From Tubiluchus corallicola (lineage: Eukaryota; Animalia; Priapulida), in NCBI GenBank assembly GCA_030141605.1, contig JAQGDQ010000231.1, forward strand, positions 1-64,000: a stretch of 64,000 nucleotides of DNA, read 5' to 3'. The translations under genes and the position numbers were made by a program. Of the stretch, positions 38,301 to 52,855 are shown one piece after another (position 1 is the first letter of the stretch; each line of letters opens with the position of its first letter). The notes beneath the pieces were generated by a model. That model did not search any database. It was not told the origin of the DNA and was given only the letters and a program-made list of their open reading frames with translations.

Positions 38301-40460
38301 AGCAACAACATCCAAAAGTGTAGCGAGTCCTGAGTTACAAACTTTGCTCAAATATTTAAACTGAAACCTTCTAGAAAGACTTTCGCGTCTATTATATTGT
38401 GTTAATGATAAAATTCTTAATACTGTCAGCGTACCAGGTATACTGCCATTGGTGTTTTCTAGGGCTGCAAGCCAACATGTCATCCACAAATTGTCATTAC
38501 CAGCACGGCAAGGTTTTCAACAAGACATTGCAAATTTGGTTTTCTGATAAGTTTCGCCCGAGCGCAGTTTCCGAGCAAATGAGTTTAGTGTTGTGAGCAA
38601 ACGAAGTGACAATGTAAACATCGTTTCACAATTTAGCAAAGAGTTAACCACCTGTATGGTTATATTCCTGTGTTTGTTCATTAATCTTTTTCACTATTTG
38701 CGCATTTAGTCAATTTTAATGGGGAAAATGGCCAAAGCTTACAGAATGTCTAAGCTTACATTCCGTCTAAAGCCTACTAAAGTCGACACGTTTAAGAGGC
38801 GACAGTCTTTTCAGAACTGTGCCAAAGGCTTGTTTTTTATGTGCGGTACTCTCAGCTAAAAATCTGCCAGTTGGTTGAGCTCATGTAAAGTAAATTTCTT
38901 GCATATGAACTTAAGTATTACTAAAAGAACTTTCGTTGAAACCAGTGGCTTAGCGTATATCGAACAGTCGTCGTTTGCTTGTATTTGAAATAATTTAAGG
39001 CCCATCCACCTCCTGAGAAGGGAATGTTACTATGAAATGCAGTTCAGTACCATGCAGGCTAAAGCTGGCTAAATGTATCGTACTATTTTGACCAGACGTT
39101 TAGCAAGTAGACAATGGATTTTAATACCATTCGGGAAATCTTCTTACAATTTTTTATTCGATAGCAGTTTATTAAGCATCATAGATTTTTGCTGTAATGA
39201 ATTCTTCCAATAAGTTTGCTGGAGTTTAATTGGACGGGGTGCATAAAGCATGATGCTGATACGAAAACGGTAACATATTTCTAAGATTAGCAGTAGCAAT
39301 TAATGCGTTGATGATCAATATTTCCGAACTAATCCGAAGACACCTACTACTTTATTTTGCCAGACGGATGAAACCCATATATTTTCGCTTGACTGGAACT
39401 TGTGGGTGTGGTCTGACCATATAAGCGTTCTGGAGCCGATTATAACAAATACCGATATTAATTAGCATATACTAATAATGATACAACATTGCATTATAAG
39501 AAAAAGCTTATTCCAAATTTTTGTGCTGTACCTAATCCAAATTGCCATGAACTATCAACCCTGGATTTTCAGTACATTGGTACGTCATTACACTGAATAC
39601 ATGAATTTTTTAAAAAAAATTTAAGTAAGAACCATGAACTAAGAATATGTAACAGTTTTAATACTTTTCAATCCAAATTGAAACGTGCTCGCTTTTGAAA
39701 GCTTTTGCATGATTCTTAGAGATTTATTTCTGCAATTTTGCAGTTTTTCTGTGTTAGTGTAAATTGAAAACTAACTGCAACCTAAAAGTAACTTTAAAAA
39801 AACATGGAAAACTAAACAAAATCTGGGATTACAGTGTTGAGTTGTAAGTCTTCCACGACCACCAATTACATTTGCCGTACCACAATCGAATTTTGATGTC
39901 AATATTGGTTCTATATCGTATTGTGGTGCAACGATAGAACTGATACAAAATTGAATCCCGTGGCTGCAATGCCAATATTGCTTGAGAAACTGCGCAGAGT
40001 GGAAATTTAACCGTCGCACAAAAAGTTGCAAAATTGCTATAATTTTTTCTCGATTAGACGCTTCTATTGCGAAGGAATGAGAGACTGGTTAGACAATTGG
40101 GGGTAATTTTCTCTAATTGCCAACAAAATGCTGTTTTTACGGTTTTCGTGAATCGATCATAATGCAGTTATAACAGCAGGAGGAAAAAGTGAATACAAAC
40201 TCGAGGAAAATACATGATAATCGAACGGTTATAACTGTTTTTAACCTTTCATTTTTCAAAAGCCAGTACAAACTAAATGAAAAATCGCAAACTATGTCGT
40301 TAAATTAAAAAACCGTAAGTTTGAATTAAATAATTATAAAAATATAAATAATGTAAAATTAATTTGGTTTGTAGCGAAAATAAAGACGTTTTTCTTAGCA
40401 CTTTTGTCAAGTTTGAAATAATAAAGTCCAAATGTTCTAAAATCTAACACTGCGCTTTTG

Positions 40461-40587
40461 TGGCACGTTCAAACTTGAGAGTTCTCTCGCAAGTTGTTCT
40501 CGCAACGAATAATGCTTGTCTGCAACAACTTGCGAGGGAACTTGCGAAAGAACTTGCGAGACAAAACTCTTCAATCTGAACGCGTTA
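40461..40587. mobile_element. Palindromic MITE-like element
   Basis: CGTTCAAACTTGAGAGTTCTCTCGCAAGTT vs AACTTGCGAGACAAAACTCTTCAATCTGAACG, with internal TTGCGA repeats. Confidence 0.6.
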
Positions 40588-42826
40588 TTAGAATTTTAAA
40601 CTTGAAAAAACTATGAAGAAAATTTGCTTGTTTCCACAAAAGAGTAAAACCATTTTTAAAAGATGTTTATTTTGTCTTATTTACCATTTTTCCGTTGACG
40701 TTATGTCAGAGAGCGGAAAAACTAAATTTTACACGATTTTGTATTATGACAAGAAATATGGAAAGGCAAAATAATATCACTACTATTGCACTTTCAAGAC
40801 CTTTGCCATATTTAAATCTTTGCTACAGCTGCATTCTGTGAGTTACTATAAATCACCAGTTACTTTCGTGTCGGGTTAGACTGTTTAAGACATGTACAAG
40901 ACGTCAAGTGGCAAACACGTGAAATCATGTCTACGTCAAATAACCAAATGCGCATTAAGGATCTTGAGTTATCTAATTAGCACTGAGGGAGCCAAGGATT
41001 GTCAAAGACCATCGCAAAGGATGCTGATGATAGTTGTACAACAACAACGACTCGACGACAACAAGAGCTACGACAACAACAACAACAGTAGCATCAGCAG
41101 CAACAACAGTCATACAGCAACAGCAACTGCAACAACAGCTAGAATCATTCTGCTCCCGAGCAATATTACGATCAAATGTTTTGCAAGACGTGGTTTTAAT
41201 ACTCTGCTTCAGAGCGTTAAATTTCATCGTTTGAGTTGTTGTTTAAAATTATTAACGTTTGGCTCTTTCATATATGCTCTCTATGTTACCCCCTTACACT
41301 CTATGCTATCTCCCTAAAGTTGGTGATTCTACTATTTAACCTATACGTGATGCTGGAATTCTCAGAAATTTTGTACATCAGACAACAGCATTTAAAACAT
41401 ATTTTTTATATCAATAAAAACTTGTGACGCTCTTCCTGAATCTCTTAGAGCAGCTGTGTCGTTACCAATTTTTAAAAACAACATCGAAAAGCACTTAAAC
41501 TTTCGCTCCAGTATGCCATTGGTGCATACGATATGAAAACAGTGGATTTAACTAACTGGTTGTTATATGAAAGTTTTAATCTTAATTGCAGTAGGGCTCA
41601 TAAATTGGACAATTTTTAACGTTGGTAGAATTCGTTTTTCTTGTACAAATCGTTTCTCATAGTCAAAATTCTCGTATAATGAGCATTATTTGATAACTGT
41701 TTTCTTTTACTTTTGATATAGGTTTAATGTAAAATTGATTTTTGTAAAGAGCTGTACATACACTTAATCTTACTAATCTATTTTTCTGTAAATAACTGTA
41801 AATATGCCAGATATGATAATGATGTATTGTAAGTTGTAAAACTTTCTAATCCAATCCAGTAAACTAACAGCAACAACAACGTTAATAGCGATGACGGCGA
41901 CTGTGTACTTGTTTGTTCAAACTGTTTACTAAAGACAAATTTACTACTTACATATTTCTTGCAAATAGCTGACAATTTATGCAGTAATGCGCACTGCGAG
42001 GAAACAAAGGATGCTGTAATTGACAAAAAGTCCAGAAAACTTTGTAGAAATCAGAAATTGTCTATAATGGAAGCAGTTAACTGACTTCGTAATCAGAAAA
42101 CGATTGTCTACATCGTTGTGGTCTGTGCAGCAAGGAGCTTTCAATTGAATCTTGCAAACTTCATTTGAAGCCACACAGTCACACATATTTTTCAGTGAGA
42201 CATTATTCCTTTCACTTGAAAAAAATTATCTCTATTTTATTTTTGTTTCGTAAAAATGACAAACATTTTTGAAATGTGCGGCTGTGTCAAACTTGTTGAG
42301 TTGAATTTGGAAAACCCTTTTGTGGAAAGTCCAGATCGAGCTTAGATTTGAAACAGGATCCGTTACATTACCAGTACAATCTTGTAACCATGGAAATTAT
42401 GATGGGTTTTATTCGTCTCTTTTAACTCGTCACATCTGACTTGTAGGATTTGAAATGTTCGTGGTTCAAATCTGAGCCTAGCCCCGATTTTTACAGTTCT
42501 TTTTTAGAAATAAAAATGCTAATGCTTAATTTCGACACGAAATCATTAAATATAAGTTCCTTACATCACCGCTTTGCATTTTTTTCTTTAGAAACAGGAA
42601 TATTGAGATCTCATTTTGCCAATAATTTATTAATTATGTATTCCCTAATTATTTCATTATGGAATAATTCAATAATTGATTAATTAATTTTTTATTCGTT
42701 AATTATGAATCTTGAAATTAAGATTAGAAAAAATGAATAGTCGTGGGATTATTACTAGATAATTATTAGGCTCATAGTCCTTGGGCAAAAGACTAAAATT
42801 TCACCATTTGCTACTATCTTCTGGGA

Positions 42827-42955
42827 CAAACTCTAATTGCAATTTTTTATTTCTTATAAAAATATAATCAAGAGATGTATAAGAAATAAAAAATTGCAAC
42901 TGGAATTTGGCCTTGCGAGATATAAAAACTAAAAAAGTGCAATTAGAGTTTGCCC
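42827..42955. repeat. Inverted repeat / hairpin remnant
   Basis: CAAACTCTAATTGCAATTTTTTATTTCTTATA pairs with TATAAGAAATAAAAAATTGCAA and TGCAATTAGAGTTTG. Confidence 0.65.
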
Positions 42956-44593
42956 CCCCCCCCTCCAGATGGTACCTGGTCTGTCCTAGACTTGGTTCAC
43001 ATTGTCGTTATTGTAAGTGTGTCATTTTACTCGGCTTTGATGATAGTGTTAAAGCATGGTAACAGTAAGCAAATACTAGTGGTACAACCAGGTATATTAT
43101 CACTATTGTAACAAAACAAGAAAATAATAATAATAATAATGAAAAATGTTAAAACATGTACACTTACAAATTTTTGATCGGATTACGCTGCAATTGTGTT
43201 GGGAGATAATCAGTTGAATTTATTATTTTAATCTTTGCTCTCATCTCTAAAGTTATTGACAATGAATATGACATTGCCAATTTAGTTTATATAACATGCG
43301 GTTCATGAAATATGACAGAGCGAGCCACTTCAGTCTTGAGGACAAATTGTGGTCACAGACCTCTTTTATAGAAACTGGGAATTAACGCTAAGATTATGCC
43401 ATTTTCTTAAAGTCTGATGGATTAGTGCTAAGACATCTGAAACCGCGTCGTTCGCTTTTAATTACGGCGTAACATAAAAAATCAATCCCTCCTTGATTTG
43501 CGGTGCGACGTCACGATGTTCTTTGACCGACACAATGATTGTGCTCGGCTTCCAAGCTGCTGGAATTTTCTTTAATTAAGTCTGTGCTGTGATGCTTATT
43601 ATTAGAAAACATGGTAATTAAACGGTAATTAAAACTGTTCAGGTTGCTTCCTGGGAGCACAAAAGTTCAGTCGATATACATTATGAACAAATGAAGTCAA
43701 TTAAGATATATTGTAGACAGTGGTTGGCGGCTGCTCCAGTTAATTACGATAATCTATGGATTTGTGCATAACATATTCTTTTACTTGTCTTGCAATACAC
43801 ATACAGTCATAATACAAATAATAATTTGGAAAAAAATTGTGAAGAAAGGGCAGCGAAAGACCAATTGGTCCTAGTCAGCTGACCTTAAGGGGTGCAATTG
43901 ATTATGCGACTTGTATTACCAATATTTAATCTCACATAGCGTTCTTATGGAATTAATAAAAATGTCTTTTTGTACAAAATGTAGCAAACGTATCGATTTC
44001 TGCATATTTCCCTATGTTATAAGTAATGCACTTTACTATAGATGTGCTTGGCATGCTGCAGCTGTGACGAACAGGAATGACACTAGCATGTATTATTACA
44101 CCACTTTTAGGCGATATAATTAGTCCGTTAATACGTTAATAATAATATATTGATGCACCGATGCTTATGATGCGGATGCTTATTTCTCAGTCGGTGACTA
44201 CATTTTGGGTAAATTCCTGACTTGAATCGCAAATTCGCAACCAGAACATCTTGTTTTGAAGTGCGATTTTATAGTTTACCGACGATAGGTGCCAATCTCA
44301 GTCGAATTATTCGTCACCAAACAAGCTGCACATCAGCAAAAGTTCTTATTAAAGCAGGAAAAACAAAAATTTTAAAAACCTTCTAAGTGGACAACTAAAC
44401 AAAAGGAAACGCTTTATGTTGACACACACAATTGTGCGTATATACATCTGTCAGCGAAATCACAGCCTTAACCCATGCACTTTTCAAATGTTTTTATGTA
44501 GTTTGAAATGGACTTGGAAGAGGAGAAGCGCCTCCTCAATAATAAAACTAACAAAACAGTTACAGTCGAAAGTGACATCTTTACATCACTACG

Positions 44594-44916
44594 GACTGGT
44601 AAAACTTCAATGCAACGCTTCAATTTTAGAAAATAATACGTTTTCAAACTATAAATCAAAACTATAAGTAACAAAAAACACAAATACACTTAAATCTTTG
44701 AGCGACAAAAATATATAAATAATAAAAAAACTAAAATTACTAACTGGAACCAAAACAGTTATCAATAAAAAGGTTTAATAGTACTTGCCTTTTTTCTGTA
44801 CTTATAACTTTAAAGTTTGCCTTTTTTCTGTACTTATAACTTTAATTTTATTTATAGTCTGAAGAGGGGTTATTTTGCAAACCGAAACGCCACACTGAAG
44901 TTTTACCAACCAGTAA
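44594..44916. mobile_element. Penelope-like inverted terminal remnant with a hammerhead core
   Basis: Imperfect inverted arms; right arm has CTGAAGA-GG-GGTT..AACC-GAAAC (44859-44888). Confidence 0.55.
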
Positions 44917-46716
44917 AAAGCAAAGATGCTAATCTCAGCAATAGCTGTGTTGTGAATTCTGTTATAAAAGTTCCTACTAAAATAGTACAAATGATTAAAA
45001 AGTAACTAGACTTGAATTTTTGGCGTTGTGGTTGCCGTTATTGCTACCGTTGCTGTTGCACTATATCTTTAATCTCAAAAGCTGCTAGTAGAGTGTTTAT
45101 TTTAAGGTTTCTGAGACGTTCAGAAACAACTAATGTTGATCTAGTAAAAGCATTATTTCATACATTCCTCCCATTTTAAAAAACGCAGTTGCCATCTGGC
45201 ACTCTAGTACAACTGCTACACGATCTAAAGAACTTGAAAAATTCCAAGAAAGGGTGTGGAAAATTATACTACAAAATAATTATAGAACGTATCGATATGG
45301 ACTAGCTGATTTAAACTGGCATTACAGGAAGAACGGCGAACTAAACTGTGTTTAAAACTTGGAAGAAAATTAAAACATTCAAACAGCAAATTAATTCTAG
45401 CAGCAAGAAAACAAGCAGGTCTAAAATCGACTAGAAATAAAGAAAAATATATTGAAGAAAACTGTAGAACTGATAGGTAATATACGTCGCCTTTATAATA
45501 TTAAATTAAATTTTATTAGTGAATGGCAAAAATGACAGGAAATCAAATGAAACGTTTTCGAAAATTTAGTTACTTCTTTTTAATTGTTGATTTTTGTAAC
45601 TCGCGTTTGCTCTTAATGCATGATGTTTTGTTTCATACTTGTAATTTTATTTAAACTGCATGGAAAATTAATACTGGTTAGTAAATTATTGTGGCTTCGT
45701 AAATTTTAAATTGTCTGTTACCATGTGTATATACACAGTAATTCAGTTTTTATCTGTGATGTGCTGTTTTAATAAACTTACTTACTACTATTTCTACTAC
45801 TAATCAATAGTTAGTCATTTACTATCTCACTCAGTAAGCAACAGTATCGTTAGTAACAAAAGGCTTGCATTTCTGGTCGATTTTTTTAGCAAACTGATTA
45901 ATCTGGATTTTCTTGATTTCTCTCAATTTGTATTCTGTCGACGAAACAATCGGGCAGAGCCGCTGTTTATTTTAGCGTGTTTGTTTGCTATTATAATGGT
46001 CGGTTTGCTGCCTAACGAGGCTCTTAAGCAAACAGTTGAAATATACCTGAATCAAATTTATAAGTTTGGAAAATCCTGCCTCATTTGTAAACACGCAAAT
46101 TGCAAAGCTGCTTCGTAATAGCTGCATGATGGATTGCATTTACGCACATCAGCTTTCACGCGAGACGCTTATGAGTTCAAAAATGTTTCAATTTTACAAA
46201 ACTTAAAGAGACAAAATTAGTAATTTTAACCAAAAATTTAGTACTTGGTACAGTATATAAATGTTATTACTTTATTTAGTTCATTTTCGTTCCAAATTTT
46301 AGGCTGAAATTTAAGACTTGGTGCAGTACATAAGACGTTGTTACTTATTCAATTCGAATAAACAAAATTATTTTAGCTTTTTGTAAATAGTAGCATTTTG
46401 CATTTTGTTTCAAATCAATGTTTGAAACTTTGAAAAGAAATGGCAGAAATGCGCAATTTTCATTTCGTACATGCAAATTATCAGTTGTTCGTAAAATAAA
46501 GACTTGGTGGAGCAGGTTTTAAAGAATTAAATAAGTGGGCGGGTGCTTTTGTGTGTACGAAACTCATTCGCTTTGAGCAAAATGAATAAAGAGTCACTTA
46601 TGACATGTTTTAATACGTCGGTTGGCATTGCTGAACTGTATTAATCGTGTCACTGATGTCTTTAAAAAACCGCAAAGTGAACTTTATGTTAACAATGTGA
46701 ACATTATGAAATTGTA

Positions 46717-47870
46717 TGTTAACGTTCATTATGGAACAAAGGCCTTATTATGCTGCAGCATTATATAACAAAAAATGCTGCATTACATAACAGCTTTTGC
46801 GCCATTATAGAAAATCATTATGTAAGAAAAATGATGGATTATCTAACAGATTAACGTAAATTTTGCCGTTGGGTCTTATCATACACACCGTTGGGACTGG
46901 GTCAGTTTCTGTCACAGATGTGGGTTTGGCTCCAGCTCGATCTGGTCCGGTTTGGTGTCAGCTCTGTCAGAGGTCTGGTCTGCCAAGGCCTGATCTAACA
47001 GCTATCTCGTCTGTATAAGCTGAATTGATATGCACTAACAAAAAGATTTGATGTATTAAATGTCTGCTCTGTGACTGGTTTGATTGGGGTCTAATCTGTC
47101 TGACGTTTGATCTATCAGAGATCTGGCCTGGCTGGATCTGGTCTGGTATGGGTATAGGTTTGTCAGAAACTGTGAAGCGAAAAAAATCCCTAGTTCTTGG
47201 TCATGTGGCTACGGAAAATTTTTGTTTGCATTTATCTTTCAAAGCTGTCACTGGCAATAAGTTCCATAATGGGTCTGAAATTTCGCACATACATGTAACT
47301 GTGGACTAATTCACAGGCCATTTCACTATATCCAGTTCAAAGTAAAACTGCCTTCTACAGCGGCATCGCTGCGCTATGAAAGTATGGTGCTCTACAGTAG
47401 ATGAGGCTGCGTCTTACGTCGGGATCCCACCTATGGACACTCATTTTGCAAGATATGGCATCAGACCCAACTCAGCCAGACCAGATCTCTGACAAATTAC
47501 AAAATAACTCACAGACCATACCTGTGATAAATCAGACCTCAGACCGACCACTGAAACCAGACTCCTGACAGACTAGCCACAGACCAGACCTAACCGAGCC
47601 AGAATCAGATCAACGTCTAAAACGGAAAGAAATTGATCATCCAGTCCAATAATTAGACCACATCCAGGCCAAACGGCCCTGTTCTAAGACCACGACCATC
47701 CTGCTACATAATGGAAAGTTTTTAAATACATAATGATGGAAAATGTTATGTAATGACGTGGCATTTGTTACGTGATGACGAATTTTGTCATTTGTTGCAT
47801 AATGCAACATTTTTTACGTAATGTTGTAATGTTACATAATGAGCCTTTTGTTACATAATACAATTTAACA
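46717..47870. mobile_element. Foldback-type non-autonomous element with modular inverted arms
   Basis: Outer arms of CATTATGTAAC / GTTACATAATG sub-repeats; inner arms of GGTCTG / CAGACC sub-repeats. Confidence 0.7.
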
Positions 47871-49059
47871 TCATAATTATAGCAGGGCACAAATTACACA
47901 ATCTAGACCTCTTGTTATTAACAAAGTGCAGCTATCGTCATTATCATCATTGCCGTCAATGCCTCTACGGTGATTGTAATCTCGTAATCATTATAAGTCG
48001 TAGTATCGATTACTAACAGATTAATTTACCGACGACAGCTATCTAGATGTGCATCTTTCATTTTGCCTTCGACTACAACAAAACTACAACAATCTTAACC
48101 CGAGTGACGTCTCTCGCCTGCCCTGCAGCAGTCGTAAACGCTGTTCCTGCATCGTACGCTGCTGTGATCCTCATCTTCTTCCTACATCCTCATCTTCCTC
48201 CTTGATTAGATGCTGCTATAAGTGGCACAAAGTCATATAGGTTCTAGACAGCAGTATTTTCGCTCAATTTAAACTGGCTTACTCGCTGTCTGGAAGCCAC
48301 CTTTAATTTGTATGATAATTTCTAATTCCAATTTGGTAACAGTTACTTGTGAAGCCAACTTTTACAGCTGATGTATTTACTGTAATAAACATGTCTATAT
48401 AGTGTTTTAGCAAACGTAAGATTGTTTTAGCAAACAATAACAAAGTCAATTGTTATTTTCAAAATTCTATTAACATTTAATCGCAATTAAAACAGGAATC
48501 AATTCGGTTACTGATTCTACTATTTATGACAATTTTTAAGGCCTTAAACTTGGCTTCGTAAGTTCATTGCAGAGGCTTTCATCTGTGCCTGACTGCCTGT
48601 ATACCACGTTCTTTTCTGTATTGCCACTAGAAGTCAAGAGTTGGTTTTAAATCACTGCTCCAGAGTCAGAATGAAAAATTTTACTCAAATAATTCTTAAA
48701 TACTGAGCAGGAGTTACTACATGATTAACGGACGATTAGCTGCAAAGAAAATTGAAGATCAAAGTAGTGATTCTGAAGCACTCCGTTTATATAAATAGGT
48801 GGCTGTTTTGAATAAAACTATCAATTGCGGTATAAAAATATGGAAATGACTTATTAAAACTTTTATAAAAACCAAAATAAGTAGTGCATTTTACACCTGT
48901 TCTTAAAATCTATTAAAAAAATTCTCGACATGGAAGTTTGTTTTGCATAATGAAGTGTAATTGGTTGTTTAATTAGCTAATCATTGTCGTAATCAAAACA
49001 TCAAAGATGTACTTTTTTCGCTTAACTAGTGCTAAAATAATAGTCTTGTTTACAGACAA

Positions 49060-49471
49060 TCTCGCATTGCAAACACGTTGCACAAAAACAGGTGCTGTAC
49101 CTCTCAGTTCAGGTGTGTTAGTTTGTGGCGAAATATTCACGTTTGATAGCTTATGCGTGAGCACAGCGGTATATTTTAAATTTGAATTTTTATCTTAAAA
49201 CTTGCCTAGTTTTAGTACAACTCACTGAATATGTTACAGTAGCACTGTACTTAAATGTTCGCTTTCGCAAACACGTGCATGGAATATATATTGAAAATTA
49301 TTTTAGTTAGTGATGTCATCAATAGTTGGGCTCACCCGCGCCGTTAATTAAGATTTTAATCTATTATTTAATTATCAGAGACTCTTTTGCAGTATTAAGT
49401 GTGTCAAAATGTATACTTTTTATCTGACTTGAAATTGGGGGAGTATATGAAAAGTCATCCTGTCTTCCTTT
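49060..49471. mobile_element. Dispersed repeat, copy 2 (same family and orientation as 33060-33626)
   Basis: Shared ACAGGTGCTG..CCTCTCAGTTCA, AAATTTGAATTTTTATCTTAAAACTTGCC and TATATGAAAA.TCATCCTG..TTCCTTT. Confidence 0.8.
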
Positions 49472-51524
49472 CAGGCAGCAGAAGTACTGTACTAATGATT
49501 ACCTGCCTGTCTAATTACACTTTATTAACAAAGGAAAACAAGTTTTAATATGAAACTGTTTTACTTGCTATTCGTACGTTTTAACTTACTACTCAAACAG
49601 ACTAGAAGTACACCTATGCAGATAATAAAAGTCAAGAGCTTGATATATTGTCTTGGAAAATAGAATGTAAAGTCTATAGAATGTACATTATAGCTTGTTG
49701 AGTGGCGTGATAATTGCAAAAGAGGAGATATTTTGTAAGAGCCTGAATGCTATCATTTACAATCTCTAATTTTAATAATCTCTAATTATAATAATATGTA
49801 ATTGTAAATCTGTGATGTCATTTGGAGATAGACTTTTGTATATATATATATATATGCCTTAGGTTTTTTGTATTATTTTTATTTTGTATTTTTCTTGAAT
49901 TGATGAGATAACGTTTAAGAAAACTAAATAAACAAGAAACGTAACGTGGCTGATATGACTAGTAATAGAGGATTACATATTAAAAGAAATTATGGTCTAT
50001 TCATCTTTTGACTTGCACCATTTCATTCACTATCATGATTTATTTCACACACAAAGTATATTGAACCTCACATAATTTACAAAGATATACAAACAACACA
50101 ACGGCAAAATAATTCGAATATTAACGTAATAGTATATAATGCCTTAACAAGTTAATAACATTTTAATAATTGCCAAAATTTTGAGAACATTTTAATTCAT
50201 GTTGTCGGCGGCGGTCAAAATAAGTTTCTGAGCTGCTAATACGTTTTAATCCTTATTAAGACTTTAACGCCTTGACAATTATTGTTGAACTAAAATAGAA
50301 CAATTTAAGCGATTACAGCTGAGGATTACACGCAGGTCAATCTGTTCAGTATTAATAGAATTTCCAACAAACAATGACATGAAGAACTTTTAATAAGAAA
50401 CTTTCTTTGGTTTTACATTATGCGTGTTCTCGGGCACAAAAGTTATCTACAAGCGACTCGGTCCGTAGGGAGATAACGATTTACGAGAAAGAAAAGACGC
50501 AGTTAAAACGGCAGTAAAATAGTGAACGACAGGCGAGATTCACCAGCTATCTGCCTCCATGGATGATTTTATGAAATCCGTGCATGTTTGACTTTTTCTG
50601 CGCGATAACTCAATTCCTTATTTGGGTTTCATTCAGAAAAAAGCGAACGAAGCACGTGCTTTGATTTTCTAAACAAAACGTTAAAGAAAATTCTTTCTTG
50701 CTAAGTAATTTTTGATTTTTGTTTGTTTCAGCCGGAGCAGATTTCTTGTGTGAGAGCATGTAAAAATATCGAAAACAATTTAATCAAACTTATTTGATAC
50801 ATTTCACTTAAACCAAGAGTTTTGGCAGGCAGTCCGAAAATTTTGAGTTCTATTCTAATGTGTGGTTTCTCTTTCAGATGCTGATGCATATATAGTGGGT
50901 TTCTAAATATTATATATACAGTATGTTTCTAAATAATCAACGTGTTACATTAATTTTATCTAACATTAACTTTACAAATTTACTTTTTTCTGTCTGACCA
51001 ATTTTTCTGCAAGTGACGTTATAATTAAAAACTATATGAACAGAAAACTATTACCAACCCCTAAATTGATATCATCAGCCAGCGATAAGCAGCCTTTCTT
51101 TTGTCAAAAATTTTCAGGTGAAATCGGTGCATGTCTAAACTTTGCTATCTAAACGGTAGTTCAATTTCTTCCTTGAGCTTCATACAGAATGGATGAAATT
51201 AATGAAGCACATACTTCTATATTGTAAATAAAGTTAGTATAGTATGTGTAAATAGTGATAAGTAAGTAACTGTTTTTATTTCAGACAAGCTCATATAAAT
51301 AACATATTGGCTGATAAAAATATTAACGGATGCCTTTATATAAAAATCGTTGTTAATTTCCGTTTGTTTAGCCTTAGTAGCCATTTTTTGCTTGACAGTT
51401 TGCAGTACGTTCTCAAGAGGAGGAGTTATCCTTACTCATGTGCGTAACTTAGATTGAAATATTAAGAAGTAAAGAAACCGAAATAGATAGTTTCACAATC
51501 ACGGTCATCATAACACAGGTGTCT

Positions 51525-51725
51525 TGTTATCATCACTGTTATCATCGTCATCGTCGTCATTATCGTTATTGTCATAATTATTTTCACTGCAACGACAGCA
51601 GCAACAACGGCATCATCACGTGTGCTTGGTATTATTATCACCACTGTCGTCATTTTCACAGTCGCCACTATCGTCACTATCATCATTCTTTCCTTAATTT
51701 TGTCACCATCATTACCACCGTCTTT
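51525..51725. repeat. CAT/CGT-rich low-complexity tract
   Basis: Degenerate trinucleotide runs. Confidence 0.7.
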
Positions 51726-52642
51726 ATAATATGCGCAATCATAAATCATTGAAAGTAAATCTATTATTCACTAGATACGTAATTACGTGCTATGCTATGT
51801 CGTAGCAAATTGTTATTCAGAATAGTTGGGAAACTCACAAGCTAAAATACGATCACGTAACTTTGGCTCAGACGCAAGACAGACGACACAAACACAGAAA
51901 ATGGATTTTATTGTTTTATTAGATTACTTATAAATAAACCAAGAATGAAAAGTAGAAAACCTATTTTATACAGTAAAATGCCAATAATATACAAGTGGTG
52001 TAGAGTAAAAATCAATAACATTGATTTTCCAAGTACAAATGAGTTCAAATCTAGCAGATCAGCCACTACACCTGCGGCGAAAAATTATTGATATTCGTCA
52101 TAACATTCATATCGAATTGTGAGTTCATTTATTATGGATGCGATTCAGAGTTAAAACGAAAAGTCGAGAAGAATTTCATGTATTCTGCTCGGAGAACGCC
52201 TTTAGCACAATAAAGTGGATACTTCTCGTTCTTTTTGCATATTTACGAAATCAAAAGACTTTTTACAAGCACAGAAAGTACTTTGTCATTAATGGGCAAG
52301 GTTGTAGGCTTTTTCGCCTGATAAATGCTATACATGTTCTTATTCGTACTCTGTGTACGACGTGCGTATACATTATTGTTTACCATTGTAATAAGGAATA
52401 AATTGCGTTTCAGAATGGTGACAAAGTTCAAATTCAAATTCCTAATAACAAGAACAAAGTTCGATGAATATCCCACAATATCAAAGAATTTTGTACCTTT
52501 TTTAATACAAATTACACAATATTCGTTGGTGTTGTAGGATGCTTATCAAAAAATAACATGTAAAACTTTTAGACGATTATTAACGGCTAGAACAAAGGGA
52601 TCTGTTCTAGATATTACACGGTGAAATATCTTATTATAATTG

Positions 52643-52855
52643 TTTATTGCCGACCGGTTTCGAACAAACTGTTCACTGTCAAGGCATCTAAAACAAAGAA
52701 AAACAAAAACGTTAGTAGTAACAGAACAGTCAATATCAGGGAGCTGTCATTTCGCAGCCATCTAACTACTGAATTGCATTTCTAATTTCTGGTAAATTTC
52801 TTTGTTTTAGATGCCTTGACAATGAACAGTTTGTTCGAAGCCGGTCAGCAATAAA
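52643..52855. mobile_element. Near-perfect ~58-bp inverted repeat, Penelope-like terminal remnant
   Basis: TTTATTGCCGACCGGTTTCGAACAAACTGTTCACTGTCAAGGCATCTAAAACAAAGAAA and its inverse at 52797-52855 (3 mismatches); each arm reads hammerhead-like core then AATAAA outward. Confidence 0.6.

Noticed and set aside
40892-41317. 141-aa ORF as the missing body of the orphan signal exon
   Set aside because: Driven by a CAA tract, no phase-0 acceptor completing a signal peptide, and composition unlike the GRPs
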